A stretch of DNA of 63,179 bases, counting the filler. It is 11 parts of 11 records of this genome, joined end to end, with 100 filler letters (N's around TTAATTAATTAA, not from the genome) between each part and the next. Parts side by side here need not be neighbours in the genome. Positions count along the whole stretch, not along the records: positions 1 to 12,246 come from SRR7504441_791; 10 more parts are not named here. One strand, written 5' to 3'. Shown piece after piece: positions 1 through 12,346 of this stretch. The notes under the pieces were generated by a model. That model was not told the origin of the DNA. It searched no databases and saw only the letters and a program-made list of their open reading frames with translations. Position 1 is the stretch's first letter, and every line of letters begins with the position of its first letter. The position numbers were made by a program, and so were the translations under genes.

Positions 1-253
1 GGGGCAATCTTGTGCCACGCAATCTGCTCCCCCGGGGCAATGAAAACCGAAAACTAAAATAGCTCCAACGGTGGAGCACTTCGGGAAACAACGGTACGTC
101 AGCTATTAGGTGATTGTACCGGCGACTACTGCAATTTAATATAATGCAATTACTACGGTGGTGATGTGCTAGTGATCTGCAGACTTGACCTCTAGGAATA
201 GGCTCGTGGGCCGCCTAAGAGTTCTCACGTCCGGAAGTTGAGCCCGTGAAAGA

Positions 254-499
254 TTGTTGTACTTTTCATCTGACGGAGCAGACGAGCTCAGCTACTGCCT
301 CTTCTGCGCCGGCGACTGCGCCTTCCCGTGTGTGGAGACCGTCCCCAAGTACACCCTCGGCTGCATGGGGCTCATGTGCTGCCCGGGCTTCGGGTGCTGC
401 CCGGTCATGTCGGAGTACTTCCCGGATCCGGCCATGTGGGACGACAACGCCGCCAAGGTCGAGGACCAGGTCCAGGCCTCCGTCGCTTCGGCCCAGTAA
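254..499 (+). CDS. 3' exon of a small Cys-rich protein (5' part unresolved)
   Basis: GC3-rich coding-like frame after a CAG at ~269-271 (ELSYCLFCAGDCAFPC...LMCCPGFGCCPV), ending TAA at 497-499 and followed by AT-rich spacer; no clear start. Confidence 0.45.
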   Translation: MLYFSSDGADELSYCLFCAGDCAFPCVETVPKYTLGCMGLMCCPGFGCCPVMSEYFPDPAMWDDNAAKVEDQVQASVASAQ

Positions 500-754
500 C
501 TCCGGTTTGCTTGATTGATCAAGATGGTGTTGTTTCAAAGCAATTGCTTTCTAATCATCTGACTCAACAAGAAAGGGTCATATGCTGCATTGTCTCAATA
601 AAGGATTTAATTCCTCTAGAACTTGATCTTGATAGTGTACATTGTAAACTTTCTAAGCTCGTTCTCGGCGACGAGAGAGGAGAGTCTCTTGCATTCACGA
701 AAAGGTTATTAAGAAATTAGCAGATCAATTCCTAAACCACATAACTCTGGACGA

Positions 755-2108
755 TCAAAACCAAAGACTAACCGACATCGACGGACTGAGAGCCTCAACG
801 TAGTGCCAATGCCCTTGAGGGATAAACAGCATCTCTCCAGGCTTGAGCAGCACACACTGGCCAGACGGCCGGACTCGCTCGTACTCCGGCCACTGGCCTG
901 ACCCTTCGGCAGCACGCTTCGGGTCGACCTGTGCGGCGTTGGGCACGCCGGGGCACGGGTATAGGCTGGGCGTGTGGGCTGGAGGATGGAGCAGCACTAG
1001 TTTCTCGCCGGAGACTTGGGCCAACAACCCGTGGTGATGGTCAAAGTGGAGCGGAGTGACCGTGCCTAGACCACACGCCCTCACGCCGGCATCGGGCCTA
1101 TCCACCTGCGGGCCCTATCCAGGCGTTAGCAGTGACAGATCTGTCGCCGCCTAGGAGAAGCTCATCCGGGAGCACGATGTCGCCTCTCAGCACAGGGATC
1201 TGATCCAGCAGCCTGCCCCCAGTAAATGGGTATCCGGCGACGGCCGAGTCGGCACCGGTGCTGTGCGAGGTATCCGGCGCTGCTGGCTGCGGTGACCGGC
1301 ACTACAGGGCTAACAGTCACGCAGCCCTCCGCACTCCGGGCAGCCATATCGGACTGGTCCATCGCTTGAATGTACTCGACCAGCTCAACCAGCCGCTGCT
1401 GGTGCCCCTCCGCCCGTGCGCGGCCCCCACCTCCACTGGAACTAGCCGGCCCCTCGCCACCCGCTGCCAGTACTCTGGATCTGGCCATCTGCCCATAGCC
1501 GGCCAGCCAGTCATTTGCCCCTCCAGCAGCACGGCCCGCCGCTTGCCCAGAAACTCGGCCTGGAACCGCTCCCCGCCGTCCAACCGCGGCACCGGCGCCA
1601 TCCCCGCCGCCCAGCTCGGCAGCGCGGCCGGGGTCGCCGCAGGCTCGCGCGGCCGGCGGCGCTTGGACGGCTTGGACCGCATCTGTCCGGTGCAGCTGTC
1701 CACCAGCCGACCGAGCTGCGGCACACTGGGAGCGGCGGCGGTGGGCGAGGAGAGCGAGACGAGCAAGGCCCGGTCGAGCAGCCCGACGGCCGGGCCGAAA
1801 TGGCCGGCCGCCCCGTGGGCGAGCGCCGCCAGTCCGCAGGCGAGTACAAAGCAGCGCCGGGGCCGCTCGACCCAGTCGCTCTCGGGTGGGAAGCTCCGGA
1901 GCGCCAGCTGGAGGCTCTCCCAGCTGGCCTGCCGCACGTCGTCCGCCAGCCGCTCGGCCTCCGCCAGCCGGCCAGTTCGGATGGCGGCCGCCGCGGCTTG
2001 CAGGTGGCTGGCGGACTCGCTGGCCGGCTCGCTGGCCAGCAGCTGCCCGGTGGCGCAGCCCGGGCAGAACCCGTCGAAGCTGACTTCACCGCACTCGCCG
2101 CAGCTCAT
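755..2108 (-). CDS. KDM8: JmjC-domain hydroxylase/demethylase, JMJD5/KDM8-like
   Basis: WPAMGRW, RLVPVEVG, YLAQH, NAWIGP, TPLHFD (HxD), WHYVEALSPSMSVSLWF. Introns 1213-1255 and 1066-1105 (GT-AG). Needs one extra base in the C5 run at 1424-1428, or a 32-nt intron. Confidence 0.85.
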
Positions 2109-2125
2109 GCAGTCGGTGCGGTTAG

Positions 2126-2137
2126 TAACGGAACTAT
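2126..2137 (+). promoter_or_regulatory. TAACGGAACTAT, Myb-type element in a 66-nt divergent spacer
   Basis: Exact reverse complement at 33253-33264 in another divergent spacer. Confidence 0.65.
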
Positions 2138-2174
2138 GGCTCCTCGGAGGCTGGGGAGACTCTCGGCCGTAGCC

Positions 2175-4059
2175 ATGGCGCTCTGGCTGGTGGGCCACCG
2201 CGGGGAGACCGCACCAGTCAACTGCAGCAGCCCGCCGGCCGTGGTCGCCGGCTGGCCCGCCACCTGCCTCGCGGGCGCCGCGCTCTGGGCCGCCAGCAGC
2301 GCTCCAGACCCCCCAGCCGCGGGCGCCGCGCTCTGCCGAGGCCAGCTGAGCTGCCACGCCCGATTGACCGCCTGGAACGGCCCGTCGGTGCGGCTGCGAC
2401 CGCCCGGTCCGTCCGGTTCGCTGGTGGTCTTCCTCCCGGGGACAGGAGCCGGCCCCCTTAGGTACAGCCAGTTGCTAAAGGCCGCCGCCGCTGCGGGGCA
2501 CTTCGTGCTCGGACTGGCCTATCTATCGCAGCCGGTGGCCGTGAGCCAGGTGGACGCCTGGTGTATGAGCAGTGCGGAGCCCAACCGGTGCAACGCGGCG
2601 CTGCACGAGCAGACGCTGTTCGGAAGTGCGGCTGATCCCGGGGCCGGGCGTGGGCTGTGGCCAGTGGAGCCGGGCGACTGCGTAGAAGCGCGGCTGCGGG
2701 CCGAGCTGGGGCGAGTGGGCTGGGGCGGTCGGTTCCTGGACTCGGTGGGGGATCCGGACTGGAGTCGTATCGTGCTGTCAGGCCACTCGCAAGGGGCAGG
2801 GCACGCCAGTTTCTGGGCACTCCGGAGGCCAGTGGCGGGGCTGGTGGTGTTCAGCGGACCGCAGGACTGCCTGGCCTGCAGCCAGGACTGGCTCCGGCCG
2901 CCGGGCTGCCCGGTCCGTGCGCTGTTCCATATGAACGAGGAGTGTGGCCCTGACCCGGTGACTGCAGTGGGCAAGTGCGATCAGAACGTTCTGCAGCTCA
3001 ACCTGGCCCGGCTAGGGCTCGGCCGTACGCTCAGCTGGGCCGACGGGCAGCTGTCTGTGGTCAACAGCTCGTTCGCAGTGGGCTCGAGCGCACTGCCAGC
3101 ATGTGCAACAGGCCGGAGTTTTCACAAGTCAATTGCAATGGACGAATGCGCGCCTACAAGCCTCTGGCAGTGGCCTTTATGGCGGCAGCTGTTCGCCGGA
3201 CTGGCCACGCCGCAGTGCATCGGGCCTCTCTGCCGGCCAGCTGACCCACCGATGCTTGAACAGGCGCCTGGGCGGTTCAGGCTATTGTTTAACACCACAG
3301 CCGGGGTGTTTGTAGTAGATGCCCATCGAGATTGGGCACCGCACGGTGCCGACCGGCTGTGGAACCTGGCCCGGTGGGGCTTCTTCAACGACTCGCGCGT
3401 GTATCGGGTGCTCCCTGGCTGGGTGGCTCAGGTGCCCCGGGCTGTGTGAGTGCTCTGAGTGTGTGTGCCAGTTCGGACCATCGGGCTCTCCTGGAATCGC
3501 CCAGGTGTATGCCGCCGACTCGGGGGTGCCTGGCGCGATCATTCCGGACGATCCAATCAAGCACACCAACGCGGCCGGGACAGTGGCATTCAGCGCCGCG
3601 TACGCGGACGGCAGGGCCGTCAACCGGAGCGCTGAGCTGTACATTAATTACCGTGACAACGGAAACCAGTTGGACCGTGCAGGATTCGCGCCAGTCGGCA
3701 AGGTGGTGCGGGGGATGGACTCAGTGGTCCGGCGGCTGTTCGCTGGGTACGGGGAGATGGCCGATGCGTGTGATCTGCACGGATTCGAACCGTGCCGCGG
3801 GCCGACCGGGGATGAGATTTACGCCAACGGCAACTGGTACCTGGATAGGGAGTTTCCGTTGCTCGATAAGATCCTGTCGGTGGCGGTGGAGCCGTTGGGC
3901 GAAGAGTCTGAGCGGTATGAGCAGTCGATTCCTTCGGCGGTGCTGGCAATAGGGCTGCTGGCGCTGTCCATGGCGCTGAGCTGCTACGGGTTGCGGGCGC
4001 TTTCTTGGTACCACCAGCCACTCGGACTAGCGACTGACAGCGCTGAATCAATCATCTGA
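2175..4059 (+). CDS. Alpha/beta hydrolase fused to cyclophilin-like domain with C-terminal TM helix
   Basis: VVFLPGTG and GHSQG nucleophile elbow; then DWAPHGADR, RVLPGWVAQFG, FAPVGKVVRGMD; hydrophobic tail. One 40-nt GT-AG intron (3432-3471) joins ORFs 1515..3449 and 3319..4059. Confidence 0.8.
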
Positions 4060-4309
4060 GAGTCCTGCGTACGTATCGTACGTACTCGTTTAAGATATTA
4101 AATCCTCACTCGAGCTAATGCACCTAAATATATTGTGTAAACGAGTTTAACATAGGATGCAATACAGAACTTGAAATCTTGATTGTGCAACCGGGTTTCC
4201 TAGATCCCACGAGCAACCTACTGTACTAATGTTATATATAGCGCTCGAGCTATTGTAGCCACGTTTCCTAAACCTACTATATTGCATGCATACGGGCGCG
4301 CCCTGGGCC

Positions 4310-4678
4310 TCATACGGCCATCAGCAGGATGGGGAGCAGCTTGATGGCAACTCCGCCGAACACTATGCAGCACAGCATCCATCCGATCGAGCAGCAAAAC
4401 TTGTTCTTTCGGGTGCACCGGCAGCACTCGCAGCAGCTCCGCCGCTCGGGCAGCTCCACCAGCTGCTCATCCCCTTCCCCCGGCAGGCTCGCGTACGGCC
4501 CAGCCTCCAAATCGCCGGTGCTCGGCGAGGGCGGTGCGTCCTCGCACGGGGTCAGCCGCACCCCGCCTTCGGGCGGATCGTACGGCGTCCGGGCGCCGGC
4601 TTGCTTGTAGTGCTCCAGCCGGGACTGCAGCCTGGCCCGGGCTGTGGCCACATCCTTGTCCGACGGCCCCCGGCCCAT
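4310..4678 (-). CDS. Small membrane protein with Cys cluster and C-terminal TM segment
   Basis: ATG 4678; SCCECCRC followed by hydrophobic C-terminus; AT-rich spacer downstream. Confidence 0.6.
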   Translation of the reverse strand: MGRGPSDKDVATARARLQSRLEHYKQAGARTPYDPPEGGVRLTPCEDAPPSPSTGDLEAGPYASLPGEGDEQLVELPERRSCCECCRCTRKNKFCCSIGWMLCCIVFGGVAIKLLPILLMAV

Positions 4679-4784
4679 CGTCACCCGCCGGCTCGCGCTG
4701 GCCCAAGCAGGGCTTTGCGGAGATGGGATCCGTTGGAAACTTCAGCTTCGGGCTGTCGGGTGCAGCTCGCTTCCGTCACCGCTG

Positions 4785-6044
4785 ATGCGGACGGTGATAG
4801 TCGGTGCGGGGATCGGAGGGCTGACCCTGGCCCGCTCGCTGGCCCGGCGGGGGCTGCCGTACCGGCTGCTCGAGGCGGCGCCCGAACTGGACCGTGGCTG
4901 GGACCGCGGCCTGGGGCTCTGGCCGGCCGCCCAGCGTGCGCTCCGGCGGAGCCTCGGCTCTCAGATGCCCGCCAGCGGCCGGATCCCGGCCGCCGCCTAC
5001 CGCAGCCGGTCGGGCCGCTGGCTGTCGGCCGGCTCGTCTGGCGGCGCCCGTCTGGTGCTGACTGTAAGCGAGAGTCGGTGCGTGCGCCGGCTCGGGCGAG
5101 CTGGACGCTGGGGCAGGCTGAGGCAGGCGCTGGCGGACGGGCTGGAGGTGCAGTGGGGCACCCGGGTAGAGCGGCTGGCCGCCGACGGGCTGAGACTTGC
5201 CGACGGCTCGGCCGCTGACGGCGAGCTGCTGGTGCTGGCGGATGGACCTGCCGGGCTGGCTGGCCGGGAGCTGCAGCCGGTCGAGTGGAGCTATGGCGCC
5301 ATGCTCGGACGGCCGTTGGGCGACCGGCCGTTCGAAACGCTCGGGGCGCCCGGCTGCAGGATGGCGGCGGTGCCGCTCGGGCCTGAGGCTTGCTTCTGGT
5401 GTGTCAGGCTCGGGTGGGTGTGACTAGGCTGCAGGTTCGCTTCTGTTCCTGAGAGGCTTTGTGGGCCGAGCGAGCGGTGGCTTCCTCAGCTAGAGGAGTG
5501 CGCGGCCGCGGGTGTGTGGCCGGCTGACTGGGTGTGTGCAGGCTGGTGGGTCACTGGCACGAGCCTGTGCCACGGCTGCTAGCCGGTTGTGAAGGCAAGA
5601 TCCATGAGGTACCAAAAGCCCTCGACCGGGCTGAGCCTCGGGTGGCAGCAACAGACGTTTGTAGGGAGCACCTTGTTTAGTTTGGACCGAGGGAGTCTGG
5701 AGAGTCCGGTGGCCTTGATCGGCGACGCGGCCCACCCATTTGGGCACAATCTTGCACAAGGCGCTGCAATGGCAATAGAAGATGCTGAGGCGTTAGCCAA
5801 TGCGATAGAAGAGTCTGGGCAACCGCATGCGGCGGTGCGACGGTATGCAGAGGCGAGAGAGCGGCGGACGGCGCAGTGCCGGGCGGTGACGCGGTTTGTG
5901 ACCGAGTTGAGTCGATGGCCAATGTTGAGCTCGGCGATGCAGTTCGTACCGTCACCGCTCAACTCGTGGGTCTTTGACAAGGCTCTCGAGTACAGTCTGG
6001 CTGAGAGGCTGTCCGGGGCGAATGCCGACTTGGCAACTGCTTGA
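4785..6044 (+). CDS. FAD-dependent monooxygenase (FAD_binding_3 type)
   Basis: MRTVIVGAGIGG, LVLADG, VALIGDAAH...NLAQGAAMAIEDA. Four 36-44 nt GT-AG introns (first 5078-5116). Confidence 0.9.
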
Positions 6045-6241
6045 TGTAGCATTTCAAGCTGAAAATCTGAGTCCAAGTGCTTAATTAATTCATTTAAATT
6101 TAACGTATGTACATCGACTCTAAGTCTTGCTTCATTCAAAATTGAAAGTTTATACATGCTACTTTTACGTAAGGCACAATAACACAACAATCTCTCTGAA
6201 GCTATGATTATTATTGCTAAACATGGCGAATCAAACTTAAA

Positions 6242-9200
6242 TCAAACTGTGTCAAATTCAGTAGCCAACGACATCGCGTTGCGGAAGATCTCGAGCAGCC
6301 CTGCGGCAGTCAATCGGTCGTATCTTTTCGGGGCATCGTCCCCCCAGATGCAGCACGGCACACGCAGTGAAGATGCACATTGTCTGGCAAACGGCCCCGA
6401 GCTAAAGTTTTCGGGCGGGTCGGACAACTGAATCTCCATCTGTGAGTGCAGCACTGGTGAGCCGGTAATGTACGCCACAAACTTGTTGTACTCGCCGGGG
6501 CCCATCATCTCGGCCATCTCCCAAAACACCTTCTCGAAGTCATCCAACGAGATCCACTCATCCGCCTCACGCCCATCACTCTCCGCCTGCGACAGCACGG
6601 TTGCCTCCGCCGTGGGCAACCGCTTGTCAACCACAGTAATGAACTTTTTCAGGTCCTCTACAGTGGGAGCGACGGATCGTCCCGATAGGAGCATCTGTAA
6701 ATCCTCGGCTGTGAGACCGTGCAGCACCGACTGGGGCACAACTTGGAGCATGCCCTGGCGTATTGCCTCGAGCTCCTCTTTGATCGGCAGCGTCAGCCGC
6801 TTTGCCACCTCCCATCGAATGTACGCATTCAAGTTCTTCATCGTGACCAAGATCTCGTTCCCATCACTGTCGGTCATAATCTGCCCATCCGCGTTCTCAA
6901 ACACAGCGTCCCACGACTCTGGGTCCTCCCCACCGGGTCGCCCCGTTCGAAACAGTTCCGCCTGCAAAGCCCGAGCTCAGCAGCCAGCAATAGTAGGGCT
7001 CGCCTTCTGCAAGAAGCTGCTCAGGCTGCTTGCATACTCCTTATCTGTGTATAGCATGTCTGCCAACGAGACGGGTCGCTGCAATAAAGCCTGCAGCCAT
7101 AGCAGTCGTGAGTGCGGTGCCCTTCTATCGCACGGCGCACCTTGTAGACATGCCTGTAGAAGATGATCGGCACAGGCACGTTGCAGAGCAATCCATAGCC
7201 CAGCAACAATCCCACTTGTCGATACCTCTCCAATCCCTCTGCACAGCCCTTGCACGGCACAGGCTGGAAATGCAGTGTGTGTGCCGGTGGTTTGGGCATG
7301 AAAGCGTGCTGCTCGATCATTTGCTCCACAGTCAAAGCTTTCAGCGCATCCTCCTCAATCCCACTGATTTGGCCAAGCGCTATTCGCTTGCTCAGTAGTT
7401 TGCTGAGCCTATCACTCCCCAGTGCTGTCAATACTGCAGCCAGTTTCGCCGATGGCAGCTCTTCCGCAACAGCAATGCCCCTTCCGAGATCTTTCTCCAT
7501 GATTCCGTAGAGGAGGGCTGCTGAGCTGTCACTGTCCTCCATCTCATCCAACAACACCCCAAGCTTCGAAACATCTGATGAGTCGGACAGCAGGCTCTCT
7601 ATGTCCGCTGCAGCTATGCTCATCGGAGCCTCCCCTTCCGCTGGAGCCGCAGTATCGCTGGCAGCATTTGTTAATATTTTGTCTACTTTCTCTACCAAAC
7701 CCGGATCCGCCTGTCCCAGCCCCCTCAATCAAGCAAGCGCATTTAAAAGAGCAAGCACGGTTGTCGCACCTGCTGCTCGATCTTCTCTTTTGTCGTAAAC
7801 ATTGTCTGTGTTCCCCGAAGCACTGCAGCTGCATCACTGAAGCATGCTAGAAGCAGTGCTGACCCCTCTCCTGTCTCACCTGTGAATTTGACCACAAGAT
7901 CGTTGACTGCCATAAGCGTGAGCCTCCCTGATGTATCGAAGCGACTGTGCTCTGCTGCAGCTCCTTCGTGTGCTACAAGCGCATCGAGCAGCTGGAGCAG
8001 CACTGACTTTATTCCATCGCGCCCGGCCTTCTTCCGGTTGACTTCGATCTTGAGCTTGCCCCGATGCACAGCATCCATCCGGATCTGTGACATGGCCTTA
8101 CGCACGGTGTGCTCCTTCAGCTCGAATGACTTGAGCAGTATCAAGATAGATGATGGCCCAAGCAGCTTTGCGACTGTCGTAAACTTGTCGACAAAGTGCG
8201 CGACGACATTGCCCCACTTGTTCATCACCTGGGAACACATTATTGAGCTTTATGTAACCTTCAGGATCCCACCTGAACTAGCGTTGGCTGCTCTGGTGAA
8301 TTCTTGGACGAGCTTAGTCGCATCAGCCGCGCTGACACTGCAGCGCCCTTGGTCAGCACGCACAATGGGCAGCACACCTTTGTTGATTGCTTCTCGGCGA
8401 ATGAACTCTGCAGTGGTGTCGCCCTCGATTGGCCGCAAGAGCGAAGGGGTAGCAACGAGCCTGTATGGCCCAAGCTGGTCGCATGGGATGGGAGATTCCT
8501 CCAAGTTCAGCCGCTGGTGCAGCATTCCTTTCCACTTGACCACAGCATCCAGCATAATCGCTATGTAGCCATGCTCCAGCTGGCCAGGTGGCGCGAACCG
8601 CTGCAGCTGGGCCTCTGAGGCATCTGAAGGGCTGCACCGCATCAGCGACAGCAGCGAGTTGTTGCAGTTTGGAGTGGTGGTGCCCACAGGCTGTTCCATC
8701 CGGATCATCATTTCCTCCATCACAGATGTGACCCACTGGTCACTCTCTGCCAGCTCATTCGAGACTTTCTGGAGCGCTGGCCTCTCAGCCAGCTCGACCA
8801 ATTCTACAATCAACTCCACTAGAAGATGGTACGACATCACCAGCCCTGTCGCTGGCTGCTTTGCCAGCACCTCGAGGGGAAGCTCAGACGCAGCATCTTG
8901 TGGTTGAGGATCAGGCACCACCTCAGAGGGTAGCTGAGCCTGTTGCCGCTCCTTTTCGGCTTGCTCCTCCTCTTCTTTCTTTTTGGCTGCCTTGCGCTCC
9001 TCCTGAGCGACCCAAGCTATGAACTTTTCTTTCTGAGTCCACTCTTTCAGAAGCTTGCTCGACTCATCACGCTGACACATCTCCGACATTTTTTGCAGCT
9101 CGTCGACTTTCTTCTGGATTTCCTGATCAGGCATCCCGCTTCGCCTGCCCATATCCCACAGCTGCCCCATCACACGGTCCTCAAACTCTCTATGCCATGA

Positions 9201-12200
9201 ATAGGGCCGGCGAGATGCTCGCGCTGGAGTTTTCGACACTACATCGGTCACCTTGAACCGATTCCCAGTGGAAACTAGCCCGGATGTGGAATCCCGGAAC
9301 TGGTTGGTGCTCTCAGGGGTGCTGGAGCAGGTGGGCAGCTTGTTAAACAGCCTACTCACAACCCTTGACGACGTCGTGCCCAGGCCAGACTCCATCTGAG
9401 GCAGTGGGAACCCGAGGAACAGAGGCCTGACAATCGCTGCCGCCACCACAGCCGCGCTGCAGAGCGCCAGCGAGGCATGTGTGCTGAAGAATGCCAAAAA
9501 TTTGCCCTTGAGCTCGATATCCTGCAGGCACAGGCGATTAGACCGGCTTACTAACTGTGACGCACCTCAGGACTGAGACTCTCCTGCGTGCTTTGCAGAG
9601 TGGCAAACGAAAAGACAGCTGTGTAGACCCGAACAGCTGCATCCATCCAGATGCACGTGCCGTGATTGACGAGCCCACTCCGCAGAGTTGCAGTGAATGC
9701 TGTATCGGCTGTGGGACCGGCAACCAAGGCTAGCATCAGGCCTTCGACAGCTTCGACACCTCCATGTAACTGCACAATTGCCTTTGACATGCTTGCGATG
9801 ATCGCTTTGTCTCCAGCAAACTGTAGTGCAATCTTAGATATTGGTGATGGGGATTCGACGTCGTCAGGCGACTTTTTCTGCTGCTGCAGATACTCAATTA
9901 GCACAAGGCGCCGGTTGGAACCGACACAGCACATGAGCTCTGGAGCTGACCGCACAGCTGTCACAAATGCTTCTATCTCATCGGGCTTAATCTTTCCCTC
10001 GACCTTCGTCTTGTTTGTGAGCAACACCCCCAGTGGCGTGCGGCCAGAAACATCTGTTGCAGTCAGACTGGCAGCTCGCTGATCGGACTCTGGGGCTGCA
10101 TGGGCGAGCACCCATTCAAGCATGGTTGTCCCGAGTAGCAGGTGGTTGCATTCCATAGCCAGGAAGAACGGAGTCCTACCCCAGCGATCCTGCACTATCA
10201 GCATCTGGAATACATTCTCTTCTGAGTTGTCAGAGGCTATCTGGGCAAGCAGCGACTCGTCATTCCGAGCAACTGCCATATGCGCCGAGTTCCAGCCGCA
10301 CCACAGGGGCGCTGTCTCACCAGTTAGGCTTCTAACCAGTGACGGCTTTGCATCTTTGCTGGCGGCCACTGGAGATATGCACACCACGCCACATGCCATC
10401 GGCTCCTGCATGATGGCTTTGGGCTTAGCTTCAGCAGTCTCCTGAGATTGTGGGGGTGGAGGTGCCACAATTGCACCCCCAAGCAGCGCATCCATCCGCT
10501 CGCGCTCATATGAGTTCATTTCGCTAAAGCCATTCTCCACAGCCATCTCGAGTTCGCCCATCATTTCACTAGCTGCCTCGCCCTGCTCGTCAAAGCCGTC
10601 GTCCTGCATTTGATTGAGCTCGCGCACTTTGGCAGCAAACGTGTGCTCAGCCTCAGTGAAGGCATTGCCCGATGGAGCCTTTTGCTCTGCTGGCAGCCCA
10701 GCGAGGGCTCCAAAGCTGCATGAGGACAGTGGTGGCAGTGGGACACCCCACAGAGCCATGCCGTGAGCAGGGAGAATGTCTAGTCTTAGTATCGAACTGC
10801 CAAGGTAAGCACAATGCTTGACCTGTGGGCAGTCTCGGTCTGAGAGCAGCCAGTGGTCTTTTGCGCTCCATTTCAGCGACGTGAGGTCGCAGCTCCATTC
10901 AGTAAGCACGTTGCGGCCCGGCGCCGCCTCAGCATCGGGTGCCAGCTTTGGCCCGCTGGCCTCCTCAGTCTCCACCAGTGACAAACTAAGCTCCCAGCCA
11001 GCAATTGACATGCCCGACACCTCCAAGTTGTTCAGAGTGCCTCGAGTCTTGGCTACAGCATCAAGCAGGCACAGTCCGTTGTTCTGGACAAGAGTCTCAT
11101 CCGTGCCCCCCAGCAGCGCCAGCTCACTCAGAGCCCGCAGCTGGATTGATTCGAGCACGTCGACGGTCTCGGATCTACCAGTTGCTGCCTCCTCTGCTGC
11201 AGGCTCAGCTGCAGGCTCAGCTGCAGCTTCTTTGCCCGGCGCTGCATATACATCATCCAGTGACCCCCCTCTGAACATTTGATTACGCAGAACATCCATG
11301 CTGTTGGCCTCTGCCTCCGCTTCAGCCTCTGCCTCCGCTTCAGCTTCTGCCTCTGCCTTTGCCTCTGACTCAGCAGCAAAGTCCGACTCAGTTCGGAACA
11401 AGTCTGCAATTGCTTCACCATCGCCAATCGGTGGCTTTTCGGGAGGCGGCAATAGCTCCACCTGCCGCACACAACTGAGCCTGAGTCAGAGCAGGCCACT
11501 TGTCACCTTGGGTGCTGGCTCAACTGCAGCCTTGCAGCCACCACAGCCCCAGCCCTCTGTCGGTGGCAAATCAGCAGCGCTCTTCACACGGTAGAAGTCC
11601 TTATTGCCGCTCTGGAGGTCGTTGACATCCGCAAAGTACCAGTATTTATTCCCCCTCAGATTGTATCGCAGCAGCAGGTAGTCATCCTTAATGTAGCTGG
11701 CTGCACCGTCGTTGAGGCCGTGATACACATATTCGCCATTTGCAGCCTCAATCCCAGCGCCTGACCCACCCATCATCATCATCACCCGCCACAGCGCGCC
11801 ACACCTGACACAATGTATTTGCGCTGCTCCTGTTCCTGCGGCTCTGATGCCTGCTTCTTTGATACTTTCCTCACGTATTCGACCAGGTCTGCCTCGTTTG
11901 GGCTGGTAGACCAGCGCATCCAGCACTCAAGCTTGCCCTGCCACTCGAGCAGCCTGATCCACTGCCCATCGGCCGACTGCTCGCCAGTCGTGTATACCAT
12001 CTGACCTACACCCCGCCTTAAGTTGGCCAACGCCAGCTCGAGGCACCGTGCTGCGCCGTGCCGCACTTATCTGCACTCAGGTTTGGCGATACTCGGACAT
12101 TCACCCCATGGTTGTACACAACCTGCCACTCCTCTACCTGCTCGCCCTCCTCCGCCGCTCCGCCACTCCCCGTCTGTTCCTTGACCAGCTCCGGTGGCGT

Positions 12201-12246
12201 GCCCGACCATTGGACCAGCGCCGTGCTCTGATTTGCACCTCCAAGC
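6242..12246 (-). CDS. UBR5: Large HECT E3 ubiquitin ligase, UBR5/EDD-like, with SH3b-like and ankyrin-like segments (5' truncated by contig end)
   Basis: VKFTGETGEGS, YRQVGLLLGYGLL...IIFYRHVYK, LEAIRQGMLQVVP...LTAEDLQMLLSG, FVAYITGSP, catalytic PFARQC. Several 40-45 nt introns link ORFs 9551..11470, 8250..9497, 7743..8240, 7021..7728 and 6242..6967. Confidence 0.8.
11308..11370 (-). repeat. Low-complexity (EA)n coding repeat
   Basis: Translates as EAKAEAEAEAEAEAEAEAEA within the HECT gene. Confidence 0.8.
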
Positions 12247-12346
12247 NNNNNNNNNNNNNNNNNNNNNNNNNNNNNNNNNNNNNNNNNNNNTTAATTAATT
12301 AANNNNNNNNNNNNNNNNNNNNNNNNNNNNNNNNNNNNNNNNNNNN
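12247..12346. other. Artificial contig linker (N44-TTAATTAATTAA-N44); same linker at 15380-15479, 22606-22705, 29536-29635, 34451-34550, 37606-37705, 41838-41937, 45809-45908, 55178-55277, 58829-58928
   Basis: Ten identical 100-nt spacers with stops in all six frames; genes are cut at their edges. Confidence 0.98.

Noticed and set aside
1258-2357. Long overlapping ORF extensions around the JmjC/hydrolase pair
   Set aside because: Non-ATG starts in GC-rich DNA; plausible ATGs are 2108 (-) and 2175 (+).
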